Numbered from the stretch's first letter, positions 1 to 13,812 are shown. The stretch: DNA of 64,000 nt from Azolla caroliniana (GCA_043228905.1 JBHGNT010000008.1:11346001-11410000), one strand, 5' to 3'. The notes: generated by a model not told the origin, from the sequence alone. Made by a program: numbers and translations.

Positions 1-200
1 AGAGAGCCGAATATCATAAAATCAATTCAAAATAATAACACTCTGTACATACAATGTGCTCTGTGAGCAGTTTTATACAAGTCCTTACACCGACTCATAG
101 AGGTACTAACATGTACTTCAATGCTTATACAAGCGACTGACACCGACTCCCAAAAATATGTATGCGTACTAGGCTAGATTCATAGGTCTCTCTATAACAA
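1..200 (-). repeat. Copia LTR fragment, same family type as the LTRs at 30011 and 7130
   Basis: Shares blocks with 30113-30270: aataataa..ctctgtacata, ttttatacaagtcct, gtacttcaatgct, actccca. Boundaries unclear. Confidence 0.55.
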
Positions 201-1689
201 CTTACCAGTTAGAATTCGATCTGGCTCCTGGTTCCGAATACCATCTGGACACCGATCCAGTTCTTCGTTCCAGACTCCGATCCGGATCCGGTTACTAAAT
301 CTCTTCGTTATTTCTAGCAAATAATGGACTATGTGAAGAATCACTCGTCTCTTGGTCCTTTCGGATATACATAAGTTACTTGACAACTCACTCTCGTTGG
401 GGACAATCATTGTCACTAGATTTAGCAGAAAAAATAGAGTGACTTGCGAGAGTAGTTAATGTTATATAGACTACACTAAGAAATGTTAGTCGAATGTTTT
501 TAAATGGGGCCTACAAATGTGAGCAATCAAAACTTTCGGACATTAGAAATACGTTTCAAAAATAACAAATAATCATTTCTTTATATCACAGATTTTTGAA
601 AATGAAAAAATTTAGTACTAAAAATGAAGATATAGAATTCTGAAAATGTAAAAATTAAGAAAAGGGGTGCTTACCAATGAAATCAATGATTTCTGAAGCC
701 TCAAAAAAGTATTGGAATACTTCCAAGAATAGTGGCGGAAGTTTCAAATGAGTGGAAGAAGTGACAAAGATGAATACGGTATTGTGGCTCAAATCGGTGG
801 ACAAACTCTCGAATCGATGGAGGATGCCTCGTATCTTAGCGATAATGTACCTCAAATCGGTGGAGGGAGCCTCAAATCTCCTCGACTTGGTGGAAAAAGC
901 CTCAAATCACCGTGAGATGAAAAACTGAAATCGGTGGAAGAAGCCTGAAAGCGTTCTCGAAGAAGCCACTAATGGCTGTTATAAGAGGCCTTAGATCGGT
1001 CTCTAAGCCTCAACCCTTGTGTTAAAACATGTCTAGAGTTGAAGCACCCAAATATCTAAGATAGAGTTTATGCACTCTAATGATATACATGCGTAACAAA
1101 AACTCTGAGATGGGAGGACTACCCTAAACCTGACATGGATGTCCTAGATGTAGAGCTGAAAGGAAATCAGAGGGATAGAGGGAGAGGAGTTGGTTTGGGG
1201 GGAAGCACCAAAAAGCGTTCAAACCCACGTGAGGGGAAAATGGCCCCCAAAATGGAAAGAATATCTCCTCATGTGTTCCCCCCATTACTTGCCTTAAATG
1301 TCACTTGTACTACACTCATGCCACTCCCCAAAATCATTTTCTTTTTCACGATTTTTTTCTTCCAATTATTTAGTAGTAACAGTATCAAAAGAACTGACGT
1401 TTTTTGTAGCCAAAAACAATACTTTTCTGGTACATCATCATATGCTTCTACTCTAAAATAATCCTGTCTAGTAATGGTCATGGGTTGTCAGATCATCCTC
1501 TTCTTCATGAGTGATTGACCATGTTGTTGGTGCGTTGGCCAGTTCAGATTGGTTGGTGGTCACTTTAACCAATTGGGCTTTGATCAATCTTTTAGCCGAT
1601 TTGGAGTTGGCTATTGGAACTTTTGTCAATTCAGATTCAACAGGTGTGTTGTTGCTAGAGTTCGGGTTTGTTTCCCATAGCATCAATGC

Positions 1690-2390
1690 TCGCAGACGAT
1701 TGCTGCTAGCCGATCCAATCTGGCTTGAGACATATGGCCAAGTCAGCCATGCCATAGTGTAGCATCTGGCACTTTGGCTACATTGATTGTGCCGGGCTGA
1801 TCACGTTCAATAGGTACAAGTTATTGTACTTGCTGTCACATACAATTTTCATATTTCCTTTGTTGATAAGCCTTGACGACTTACCGAGTGTCGTCCTATA
1901 TACGGTTTTGAATAACATGCCCATGGAGACTAGAGTCCTCTTGAGCTCGGGTATGGACACAATGGCACTTTGGCTACATTGATTGTGCCGGGCTGATCAC
2001 GTTCAATAGGTACAAGTTATTGTACTTGCTGTCACAACCAATTTTCATATTTCCTTTGTTGATAAGCCTTGACGACTTACCGAGTGTCGTCCTATATGCG
2101 GTTTTGAATAACATGCCCATGGAGACTAGAGTCCTCTTGAGCTCGGGTATGGACACAGTGCATGATGATCATATTGCCATTCGGCAACGGAATTGGGAGC
2201 TCTCCGATCCCTGCAATTTTGCATTCCTTCTCGTTGCCACGTCGGGTTCTGCTGCCAACTCTGGCCGAATAGTCTGAAAACGATTCAATGTTGGGAGGGA
2301 GTCACATTGAATGTGGTGCCAGAATCTAGCAACCATATCCAAGGATCTTGCCGGTCAACAAATCTTCCAAGGAGAGGACTTCTCTTGACC
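1690..2390 (-). pseudogene. pol: Ty1/Copia pol fragment (protease to GAG-pre-integrase)
   Basis: Minus strand gives WLLDSGTTFNVTP (protease), IPELKRTLVSMGML and LWHG*LGHMSQ (LWHxRLGH motif). Stops and frameshifts present. Confidence 0.8.
1767..2157. repeat. Tandem duplication, period 196 bp
   Basis: 1767-1961 and 1963-2157 are near-identical and give twin ORFs 1778-1960 and 1974-2156. Confidence 0.95.
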
Positions 2391-2402
2391 GGTTGAAAAA
2401 AT

Positions 2403-3535
2403 ATGGAATGCTTGGATGCAAACCTATCGATGTACCACTGGAGAGCTGATTTGGGAGCAAACATAGCAAATGTGAACATGTATAGAACTATGGTGGGCAG
2501 CCTCATATATCTTACTATAACAAGACCTGATTTAAGTTATGCAATTGGATTAGTCAGCCAGTTTATGCAACAGCCAACCAAGTCACATTTGGATTGCATT
2601 AGAAGAATTTTGAGGTACGTAAAAGCTACTCAAAACTATGGACTATTTTACACGGCTGATCTAGACATAACGTTAGAAGGATATACAGATGTTGATTGGG
2701 CTGGAAGCCAAACTGATTGAAGATCCACAAGTGGATATATGTTTATATTGGGAAGTGCAACTATTTCATGGAGTAGCAAGAAACAAGCTAGTGTTGCATT
2801 ATCAAGTACTTAAGCTAAATATATAGAGGAGCTTCAATAGCTACTTGCGAAGAAGTTTGGATCCGAATATTGCTTGCTAATTTGGGAGAGTATATAGATG
2901 GCGCCGTCACAATTTGGTGTGACAATATGAGCAATATTCAGCTCGCAAAAAACCCAGTTCCATGCAAGAACAAAGCACATTGAAGTGCATTATCACTTTG
3001 TTAGAGAAAAAGTGATTGATGGAGAAGTGGATCTGTTGTATGTAAGTACAAATCAGCAAGTTGCGGACATTCTTACGAAGGGACTAATCATAGAAAAAAA
3101 ACATACACAATTTTGGGACATGATGGGAGTTATAAACATTGATATGATAGTTGGAAAGCATTAAGAAAAGAAGATTGAAGATGATCTCAAGAGTGGATAA
3201 GTTGAGCTTGAGGGGGAGTGTTAAGAAACAAGCTCAACAAAAGCATGTGATGCTTATTGGTAACTGAGATCTTCTATAGTAGCTATTAGGAAATTAGCTA
3301 CTATTAAACATATAGGTAAAACAAGTATTTAGTTGTTCACAGCTAATTAGCTGATATATGTAAGTCACTTATATACTTAGGTGAAAAAGGTAAGAGTGAA
3401 GTAAGAAGAGAGAGTAGAGAAGAGAAAACAGAAGAGAGGTTTTCTCTACGTAATGAAACAGAAGTTGTTGGGCTGCTACAAAGGTGAGTCTCCTTCCCCC
3501 TTTCTTTCTCTCTTGAACACAAACGATCTTTCACA
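2403..3535 (+). mobile_element. 3' end of a Copia element: RT/RNase H remnant, PPT and 3' LTR
   Basis: VGSLIYLTITRPDLSYA...GYTDVDWAG, then ARTKHIEVHYHFVREK. PPT gagggggag 3210-3218. LTR tgttaag 3219 to tttcaca ~3535. Confidence 0.85.
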
Positions 3536-4400
3536 TCACGATCCGTTGTTGCACCAAGAAGAGTCGTAGCGCCTTCTTAACAATAAAACTATACTTGTAA
3601 TGGTATGTTCCATACTAGCTGGTTGCTCGACTATAGATGGACACAAAGTTTCAAACCCTTTTTGTTTTAAATCCTTCATCAAGCATGCAAGGTTCTCGCA
3701 ATGCAGCTTTAAAGCTGACAACCTATTATCAAGTTCGCAATGTGCATTTCTGCAAGTATCAAGGTCTCTATATGTGATCCTAATTTAGTGCCCATATTGG
3801 TCAGCTCTTTCTTCAACTCCTCTTTCAACACCTCACTTTCTGAATGTTGGATTGTCGATGCAATCCATTCATATGTATTCTTTATTGAAGAGAGTTGCTT
3901 TTTTGCCGCCATCGCAACGTATTTAATTGCTTCCAAATAAGAAAACAGTGCTTGTATTTTTGCGTTCATGGAAACTACGCAACCGGCCATCATCTTTTCA
4001 TGTTTTTCAATCATTGTGGCCCTTACTTTTGAAGATTTAACTTGGTGGGATAGGTGTCCTAGCTGGAATATCCACATGAGAGGTTCCCTCCAACTTCAAG
4101 CTAGTGTTGGTACTGAAGGACCCTCTATAATGTTCTGATCAGTGACGATTAAAATCTTCCCAATCAATATTGATGCCACCCTGATTTCACATGCAAAAAC
4201 AATACCCACCTCATTATTACAGATTTTAGTATCATAAACATGTTCATAGCTCGTCTTCAATAAGTTCACATATTCCTTCTTCAACCCACTTATGTGGAAT
4301 CCTCGCCTTACATCAAGATGTGTTGACCCCTCGGTTTTCATCAACCACTCTCTCAACTCTTCATAAACTTCAGGTCGTGTTCGAAGGAAATAACGCCATC
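3536..4400 (-). pseudogene. Degenerate coding-like segment of unknown, probably TE-accessory, origin
   Basis: Consecutive minus-strand ORFs 4096-4356, 3709-4077 and 3536-3721 with helical K/E-rich composition. No motif recognised. Confidence 0.3.
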
Positions 4401-4412
4401 CAAGAGGTGTGC

Positions 4413-4850
4413 CACATATGCTTCCTCTAAGTTTATGAATTCATCATAGTTTCTCTTGTGGGTGTCTTCTTGCTTTCTTTGATAGGTGTCCTTTTTCTTT
4501 CCTTCACTAGTGTCTTCACTTTCTCTTTGACCAATGTCTTCTTTGTGAGTGTCCTTTTTGTCATTGTCTTAGTCTTCGCTCTTCTTGTTGAAAGAGTATG
4601 CATGTACAAGACTCCTAATTGATCAAAGGAGGCACATATGCTTCCTCTAAGTTTATGAATTCATCACAGTTTCTCTTGTGGGTGTTCTTTTGCTTTCTTT
4701 GATAGGTGTCCTTTTTCTTTCCTTCACTAGTGTCTTCACTTTCTCTTTGACCAATGTCTTCTTTGTGGGTGTCCTTTTTGTCATTGTCTTAGTCTTCGCT
4801 CTTCTTGTTGAAAGAGTATGCATGTACAAGACTCCTAATTGATCAAAGGA
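4413..4850. repeat. Tandem duplication, period 220 bp
   Basis: 4413-4630 and 4633-4850 both run cacatatgcttcctctaag...gatcaaagga. Confidence 0.95.
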
Positions 4851-5772
4851 GAAAACTCATCAAACAACCATCGACAACCAGCAAATCATCATAGCCAATT
4901 CAATCTTCGTTGCATGTACAACACCTCTTCTTGGATAGAGGACAAAAACTCATCCAACACAAACACAGACAAAAATCAAAATAGTTGGACATGTAGCATA
5001 GAGAATACCTGGAGGTCGTAGAAGTTGCAGATGGAATGATGCGAGCCAAGGTCGAGATAGAGGGACCACACCACATTGATGTCTTCACATCGGGAGCACA
5101 CCAAGCCGAGGAAATAACCTATATGCAAGAGGTCATTCCAAAGGAGACAGAAAATGTCATTGCTTGGTCACGGTAGAGGAGTTCACAATAGGCAACATTA
5201 CAACCTATTGTGAATGCAACGATCCGTCTTACAAGTTTCACAGAGGCCACAACATGAGGGGAAACAAAGATTCAAAGGTGGGGTGAGAGAGAGGAAGAGA
5301 GAAAGAGAGAGACAGGTAATGTGTGCAATAGACACTTTCTGTCACTGTCTGACTGACAACTTTGAGACAAAAGAGAGACTTATAGAATGACCAATTGACA
5401 CGTTCAAGATCTTCCCCAAGTTTGTCTTCCGTATAACTCTACCTAGGAGAACGAAGTAATAATTAATGTATTAAATTCAATCGGTACACTTCGACTGTGA
5501 CATAATAATATCTTTGTTCTTCTTATAGTGTTTACATTTGATTTTGTTATTTGAATCCGAACCTCATTCAATGGATGATAATCCACTATTTTCCCCTATA
5601 ATTGCTTTATTTTCAAATTTTAATGTTTATTTTCTTCCTTGATTTAGTTCTAAATTTTTGGTCAAAAGTTGGTACATCGTAGCATTCTTAAACCCCTCAA
5701 AGGACTCCTTAGGATAAAGATTCACAACATACCGATTGGACATCAGAGCCAATTGAAAAATCCAAACCAACC

Positions 5773-7129
5773 ATGTCGGCGCCCAGGAGATCTAAACAAG
5801 CTCGAAGGCCAACAAAGTTTTACATGTTAGGCTATGCAAATTACATGGACGTAGGCAAGCCAAGTTCCTATGAGGAAGCAATAGCCTCATCGGATGTCGA
5901 CACATGGCTACAAGCCATGACATCCAAAATGGACTCGATTAAGGAAAACAACCCATGGGAGTTGGTCACTCTACCAGCAAGAAGGAAGTCGCTGCCCTAC
6001 AAATGGGTCTTCAGGTACAAATATACATCTGGTTCGGAAAAACCCAAATACAAAGCTCGGCTTGCTGCAAAAGGGTTCAACCAAGAACACGACATTGACT
6101 ACAATGAGATATTCTCTTCAGTAGTCAAGATGACGACCCTTCAGCTCCTACTTGGAGTCGTAGTGACAAAAGACCTAGAGTTGGAGTTGCTAGATGTGAA
6201 AACGTCCTTTCTTCATGGAGATCTAGGTGGGACATCTACATGTCCCAACAGGCAGGCTTTATAGTGACGAGGACGAAGGCCACCTTGTATGTTGGCCAAA
6301 GAAAAGCCTTTACAGCTTGAAGCTAGCACCAAGAATGTGGTATCATAAATTTGATACCTACATCCGGCAGCTTGGATACGTCCAGTCAGACTCCAACCCA
6401 TCCATGTATGTATATTCGGGAACTGACTAACGAATCTCGGATATATCTAATCCTTTATATCGACGACATGCTCATCTCCGACAATGACAGAGCAGAGATT
6501 GGAAAGCTAACGCCTGTTGGAGAAATTTAGTATGATTATCTCCCCCTATTACCAAGTCGAAATATGAAGAAACTCCTTTGAATTCCATTTCTCAATGGCC
6601 ACAACTTTCTTGTCAAAGGAACTTCTGTAATTGAAAGAGAATTCTGAGACTCTTGCGCATCTTTGAGAGTTCAAAGTAACTATCATCACTTCAGCCAACA
6701 CACAAGGGGAGACTTATTTCTCATGGAGCGGCTTTAAGAAAAGTGCAGGGAAGGCAAAGTGAAATATGATGACCAGGGCTATATTGAATTCTGCATATAT
6801 TACTCCTACAATTGCACGCAACATCTTTGGTTTGGAAAACAAATAGGTTGTACCAGGATGGGGGCTTAATGAATGGTTGGATAAGTGAAGGCACCACACA
6901 TTACTATTGAATAAATGGTGAATAAATGGCTTCTGTAGTGTTTTTCTCTTCAGGTAATGGAATGTATACATCGGGGCGGGGTTTGCCCCCGGAGTCTTCA
7001 TGAGAAATTTGCAATGAAGGAAATTGGAGAAGCCTGACATATACAGGGCATGCAAATAGAGAAAAATCAGGCTAAGAAGATCCTTCGATTCTCCCAATCC
7101 GATTACATCTAGAAGGTGATGAAGCGCTT
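5773..7129 (+). pseudogene. pol: Copia RT fragment split by a 477-bp insertion
   Basis: PSSYEEA..WLQAM..KWVFRYK..YKARLAAKG..DVKTSFLHG, then LYIDDML. The frame resumes at 6991 as SLHEKFAMKEIGEA..SQSDYI. Confidence 0.9.
6514..6990. other. Unclassified 477-bp insertion
   Basis: Removing it restores K-L-T-R-S-L-H-E-K-F-A-M-K. No clear TSD or terminal repeats. Confidence 0.75.
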
Positions 7130-9158
7130 TGTAAAGATTAGCGTGTGGAAGCTAAAACAGACACAATGGGCTCAGCCGGACAACAATAGAAAACACAAAG
7201 AATCCATGGAGAGCACATAGAGAATACAGAGTACTTGGGAGAGAGAGAGAACAGAACACAGAAAACTTGATTTAAAAAAAGAACACTATATACATGTGAA
7301 TGTGCTTAGAGAGCACTTTTATACAAGTCCTTAAAAGGAGTGACAAGTACTCAAATGCTCATAATTGAGATACTGACACTGACTCCCAAAAATATGCCTA
7401 TCTACTAGACCAGGTCGGAGGCCTCTAACGGCCTACTTGCTCATGCGAATCCAATTCACCGATCAAGTTCTCTAATCTGATATGGGCCTAGCCAATTGGT
7501 CTTCACCCTATCCATCTCTCGGTTTGTTCAACCGATCCGGCCTAGGTTGAGCTTGCTTGCTCAACACTCCCTCTCAAGCTCAACTTGAGGTCAATATGTC
7601 ATGTCAACATTCGCCAATCTTTGTTTCCTGCTCCTCCTAGCCTATTAACGCCTTGCTGGCGCTCCTCAAACTGTCTGGTTCAACGCATCTCGACCTCCTC
7701 GGTCAGCTTGTATGCTCATCAAGCCCTTCTCATCTCCTTTGCTATTGTGACATTGGTGCTTCTTGACCCGTTGGCTCCTCCATGTCGGTGTCAACTTCAG
7801 CTACCCTCTCGTCCGCTCAGCCTTTATGTGATTTGACTCACCCAAATCGAACTACTCAACTGAACTGGTTGTCTCCGATTTGTTCCCGCTCTTGTCGAAT
7901 TGGTTGTATCCAATTTGTCTTCCTTCATTAGGCCCTTGACCACATCATACCATGTTTTGGTCCTTGCCTTTATCTTTCGGTCAGCTTTTTCCTTATTGAC
8001 TCTGTTACATGTTCCGACTATATCGGATATATAGACTTCCTCTGTTGATTCTTCATCTAATTCGGTATTCTCATGTTCCTCTCCCCAGGTTGCTCCATCT
8101 ATGCTCCCCCTCAAGTGCGGTGTGTCAAGATGTTGTAACCGAAGCATCTCCAAAAAGTGTTGCAACTTGTCCGATCCGAGCTCCTTGGTGAAGGTGTCGG
8201 CAACCTGCCGATCAGTTCGAACATACCGGAGTTCGAGCACACCGCTCAAGATCCGCTCGCGCACAAAGTGATAATGCACTTCGATGTACTTCGTGCGAAC
8301 ATGGAACACGGGGTTCTTGGCCAACTGCATGCTATTGATGTTATTGCAGTAGATCGGAATTGGAGTGGGAACTTCAACCCGTAAGTCTTGCAATAGCTGT
8401 CAGAGCCATATAGCCTCACAGGTTGCGACGGTGGTGCCTAGATACTCAGCTTTGGTGCTTGACAAGGCCATTGTCGGCTGCTTCTTGCTACTCCCGGCTA
8501 CAACTACACTCCCAAGAGAAAACATGAAAGCAAATTGAACGCATCTCTGGCCCAGTCGGCATCAGTATAGTTGTTTGGCCTTTCCGTGTTGGTACAATAG
8601 TCCCTGATCCTTCATGTCGCCCACATACCGCAATATTCGATGTGCACACTAAAAGTGGTTGACGTTTAGTCTCTACATGAACTGACTTATTACACTGACC
8701 GGATAGCTGAGGTCGGGCTAGGTGATGGTTAGATACATAAGGCTTTTGACAATTTGTTGGAACCGTTTCTCATCGCATGCCGCTCCCGAGTTAGGACGAG
8801 GCTTCAGGTTTCTATCGAGCGAGGTAGAAATGGATCGGCAACCGACTTTGTAGAGTATATTCAACACATAACGTTGTTGGGTAAGGAATATGTCATCGGG
8901 GGTCTAGATCACCTCGATCCTGAGGAAATAGTGAACGTTCCCTAGGTCCTTCATCTCAAATGCATTCAACAATTTGGACTTTACTCGGTTGATTTCAGCA
9001 AGATGGGGTCTGGTGACGACCAAGTGGTCTACATACAACAGTGCATGCCAAACCCTTCGGACCTTTTTGAATGAACAAGAGGAGTGGGATTTGGAGGCCG
9101 CAAACCCCATCTTGCGCAATTGGTGCGTGATTTTCGAATTTCAAGCACGGGGGGCTTA
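7130..9158 (-). mobile_element. 5'-truncated Copia (3' LTR 7130-7566, PPT, RNase H/RT remnants)
   Basis: LTR tgtaaagattagcgtg...tcaaca resembles 30011-30398. Reverse PPT ctccctctcaag. ORFs contain KNPVFHVRTKYIEVHYHFVRE and LLYVDHL..FEMKDLG. Confidence 0.9.
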
Positions 9159-9716
9159 ATGTAGCTAGTTAGCTATGGTCACTACATGATGTAGCTATTT
9201 AACTATGGCTACTCTATGATGTAGCTAGATAGCTATGGCCGCAACTTGATGTAGTTAGTTTGTTACATGCATGACCATATAATATCCCGCGGTAATATTG
9301 TACTGTAGTATTCTATACACGTGGATAAGTGTGACGGTTAAATGAGAGTGTAAAGAAGGGAAGGATTACTTTTAATCCTTGGGATTGAGACAACCCATTA
9401 AGGCCAAGTGTGAACTTTCTGGGAGCCTTTGGTCTGGCTATAAATATGAGGCCTAGCTACCTTCATTTGACATATTATCGACTTTGTCGAGACTTTGTCC
9501 TCGTGGTGATGAACTCTTGAAGCTAGCACACCAGCACCATGTACGACTTGACACCACGACGGTGGTATGGGATGCCGATCGAGGCTCGACTCCGTCCTGA
9601 TCCCTTCACTCAGGGGTGGTCAAGTGGATCAACACCCTTCTTTCTCTTTTTCCTCTCTATTTTCTAATATTATATTTCCTTATCTCAGGCTTACATTAGG
9701 ATCTAACTCTTATAGT

Positions 9717-9729
9717 TGGTATCAAAGCC
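9717..9729 (+). promoter_or_regulatory. PBS, tRNA-iMet
   Basis: tggtatcaaagcc, one mismatch to TGGTATCAGAGC(C). Confidence 0.8.
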
Positions 9730-11534
9730 TTTTTCCTAACGTTTCTTTTGTTGATTTATTTTGTTGGATGGTGATCAATCGATGTTCATTCGAGGTGGAT
9801 CCAGATACACATCAACAAAGGAACTTCAATATTTTCCTTTATTATTATTATTATTATTCTATTATTTCTTCTCCCATTCTAATCATGTTCATTTCATTTG
9901 TATTAATTTCAGTCATGAAAATATGTTTTAGTGGTAATACTTTGTTTTATAAAATGTTTACATATGTGTATAAGGTCAATGCCTCAATTGACATATAATT
10001 GATAGGTGATTTGTGTCGTATGCGTACGAGGTCAATACCTCAATTTCTATGTATTAATATGTGATCTGTGTTGTATGCGTAAGAAGTCAATACCTCGATT
10101 GCGTATTACGTTCACCCTTATTTTGGATGTTTCGTGTGCGTAGAGTTTATATGCCTTGATTATGTATCTTGATTACATCATTTCTTGGCTATGTTATGTT
10201 AATGATTCTTTAATATATTCATATATAATCACGTGTATACATATTCACATACATATGTTATGTATGCGTAAGAGGTCAATACCTCAATTTTGTATTATGT
10301 TCACCCTTTTTTGGGATGTTTCATGTGCATAGAGGCTATATGCCTCGATGATGTTTCTCAATTACATCATTAGTTTGGCTATGTTATGTTGATGTTCTTT
10401 AATATATGAATATATAATCACGTGTATACGTATTTGATCATATACTAGTGATAAACATATATATGTGTATATTAGTATTTACTACGTGATATTGGTATAT
10501 CAAAGGTTGTCCTTTTCAGGAAAAGGAACATGTTGGCCGTCCTCACATTTTTTGTGAGAAAGGCATAGTCACCATCATTTAAAAAAATTTGTTTTTGTTA
10601 TTCCCCTATTTCATCTCAATTTTGCTACACGTTAAAACGAAACAAGCATAGCCACAATGATGTGCGCACAAGGGCTTGACCCACATCATGTGAGGTCGCC
10701 CATATGACACACGCATCCAACATTCCTCACTCATTACAGGATTACGATGCCACCATGAGTCATCATTACGGTAGGCATTTGTAATGAAGTAACCATGTGA
10801 TGGGTCACGTGGGTCTAATACGAAAAAAAAACTCAGCTCGTGTGGCTTGACCATTAGGTTGCACTTTGGGGTATGCCATCGTAATGATGAGACTCGAGGC
10901 TGGGTAACGTACAACATAGTTTTCTTATTAACGAGGGGGAAACAAGGACCCCAGGGCGTATATGTTTTGTTATATATATATATGAGTACATGCCTTCGCA
11001 TATCTCTCATACGCACAAACATTAAACATTCAAAAGGAGCAAACCATTTGGTTAGTTCAAGTGTTTAATGTATTTGTTCTCAACGTCTCGAGTTCAAATA
11101 TGACCAAGACCATACAACATTATTGATACATATGACTATAAAACATGTTTAGACTTTAGGTCTAAGTGCACTTTGGGGTCTTCGTAGAGCCGAAACCACA
11201 TGGGTGGGCACAAAGACATAGTTTATTGTTAACCATTTTTAGTGGTATACATCATTCATGATGCGAACATATATGGTTGAGCCTTGGGGAGCTGCTATGA
11301 AAAAATCGATATAGAGATCAAGGAAAGACATTCATTTGTCATTCCTATGGTTTGTAAAACACCTTTGTGTTACCATAGTAACCTGCTATTGAACCTCTTC
11401 TCATATTTCTAGAGCGGTATTGACATGAGATCATGATATCAATTAATGTTTGCGCATGATATGTTTACATCACGACATGATGTTATGACTATTTGTCTGA
11501 CCTTATCCTTTTCTATGCCAGAAATTATCATTCA

Positions 11535-13172
11535 ATGGCTCATAATAATGACCCAATGGCATCTACCAAAGCGGAAGGAATTCAAGGAAATCCTCTTGGG
11601 CCAATCCCCATTGAGTCATATTTTTTACAGATAAAAACTTTCCTTAATTCTACCTCTTACACGAGCTTTCCGAACTTTGACAATCTGATAACGCTCTTGA
11701 GGCACATGTCATTAGTATGCAACGTGATGCAATGTGATACTAATAGACCCGATGAACGTCAAGGTGAACCATTGTTTGTCGTAAAGCCATTTATGGGAGA
11801 AAAAAAGAATGAACCAAAGAAGCTATCTACACGTGGCTGGGTAGTATGAAGATTGCATATGTTGGTCAAGAACTAGGGGGTAAGGCCGCTGCTTGGTGGT
11901 GTGGGCTCCGCAGTACAGGAAAATTGCCCCATACCTGGACAGATTTTGTCACAGTTTTTAAGGGTCAATTTCTGCAACCTCCATCTCGAACCGAGGCAGC
12001 ACAAGCCATAATGAACCTCTTAGCCAGAAGTTTTCCTCACTGGTAGATTATGTTCAGCATGCTAGAAACCAAATTTAAAAATCAAGTCTAGATGGGGACA
12101 ATTGGTTGATAGCTTGTTTTGTCAATGGCATCCCCAATTTGGACTGTCATTGGATAGCGAATGATAAGGATTCAAAATCCTTCGAAGAGGCCATTAAAAT
12201 AGTTCTTCATGATTAACGCACTTCGAAGAAGGACAAAAGGACAATAAGAAACCCGAAACATCCGGGACTAAACAGTTGCAAGTCGTTGGGAAATGCAAGA
12301 CACCCAATAAATTCATGGATCGCGATTGTAAGCGACAAAATCCTTTTTGCGCATTTTGTAAAACAAGGATAAAAGAGTAATATGTTGGAAGCGCCAACGA
12401 AAAGAGCACGACAATAAAACCAAAGTTGCAAACCATAAAGGTCTGATTCTTGATGTCCTTGAGGTCTACACACATCATTTAAGTAGTTGTACATGTTCTT
12501 TCCCTCACTATGTATTGGGACCCAATGATTTATTACGTGTAAACGGGTATATCAATGGATCTCCCGTACAATTTTCATTTGATTTAGGAAGCTCACACAA
12601 CTTTGTGAATGATCGTTTGGTTTAGATATTGGGGAATCCAAACTACCGTAAGTGATCACACCACACCTATAAGGTGCACTTGGTTTATGGAAGAGTACAA
12701 TACATCAACAGGATGATTCATTCATTACGAATTTCTATTGATACTTATATAGAGGAAGTAGATTTCCATGTAATGAATATTTGTACCACTGATGTAATAT
12801 TGGGTTATCCCTAGTTTTTTAATAAAAACTTTTCTTTATTTATTGATTGGGTTCATCATTCAATTACTTTTGTACTGAACGATTGTACTCATTTTATTCA
12901 ATGTATTAAAAAACAATCTCTTTCGATTGTTTCCTCTCCATCAATATCCGAGTTATCTTGTTCTTCTTTATTTTATTGTGTACTTGATCTGGATATTCAC
13001 GTTTATAATATCGATAATGTCTTGGGTCATTTATCATATTTTGAACAACTCAATGAAATCTTAAATGATTTTCGTGATATTTTTCCAAGTGAACTACCAC
13101 ATGGGTTACCTCATAAACGTAATATAGACCATCGTATAGATCTTGTACCTGGTGTTGCCACCATATCACTTA
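11535..13172 (+). pseudogene. Disrupted gag-protease-RT start
   Basis: ORFs 11493-11849 and 11846-12046 plus motifs read by hand. Many stops. Confidence 0.75.
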
Positions 13173-13176
13173 TTGT

Positions 13177-13487
13177 TGTCACCGTAGCGTCGTGACAAGG
13201 AGTGCAAGTGAACTAGCACAACTATTGAGATGATATGGGAAGAGTAAGAAAAGAAATAAAGCAATGATGCAAGTGAAACTAAGGTGAGTAGGATTAGAGG
13301 TGAACAAGAGTAAAAGAGAATGAGAGAATGAGAGAATGAGATGAAAGAAGAAGAGAAGAGTGAGTGAGAGAAAAGAGAAAAGCTTAAGAAATTTTCATTA
13401 GAAAGACCTTGTGCAAACTAGTTTCGCTCTAGGTAGAGCTCATCAGTGCCAAGGTCATTTACAACAAGAGGGTAGGTTTATATAGGG

Positions 13488-13538
<51 letters not shown>

Positions 13539-13812
13539 GGAGTTTAATGATGGGAGAGAGGGAAACGGGGAATTGTGATAGGCAAAGGATTGATAAGTGA
13601 AAGTGGGTTATATGATAAGTGATAGGTGGGGGTTGGTGTGGGTGTGGGCTCTAAGAAGAGGGGGATTATAGGGGTGGGATATAGAAGGAATATAGTATTA
13701 AGTGGGAGTATTTATGGATTTATATTTAGTTTTGACGAGAAGGGAATGAATGGACTTAGACTTAGTCCAACATATGAAGGGTCGCGGTAGTTCGGATAGT
13801 TGGGGTCATGAA
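13177..13812 (-). repeat. Probable solo or truncated LTR with (GA)n microsatellite
   Basis: Ends tgtcac... and ...gtcatga. Minus-strand TATA (tttatagggg ~13478). (GA)n at 13491-13535. No TSD found. Confidence 0.5.

Larger units (their letters stand above)
9160..13172 (+). mobile_element. Degenerate Ty3/Gypsy chromovirus-like element, 5' portion
   Basis: LTR 9160-~9714 with 30-bp tandem units at its start. PBS tggtatcaaagcc 9717-9729. Gag GKAAAWW..TWTDF..FKGQF, protease FDLGSSHNFV (~12580) and RT start FPSELPHGLP..IDHRIDLVPG. Confidence 0.8.

Noticed and set aside
414-1473. CACTA element or Helitron
   Set aside because: The terminal match is only about 6-7 bp, with no 3-bp TSD and no subterminal hairpin.
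11053-11101. Further A/B-box-like pair
   Set aside because: Both boxes are degenerate and the pair is single-copy here, so it cannot be distinguished from chance.
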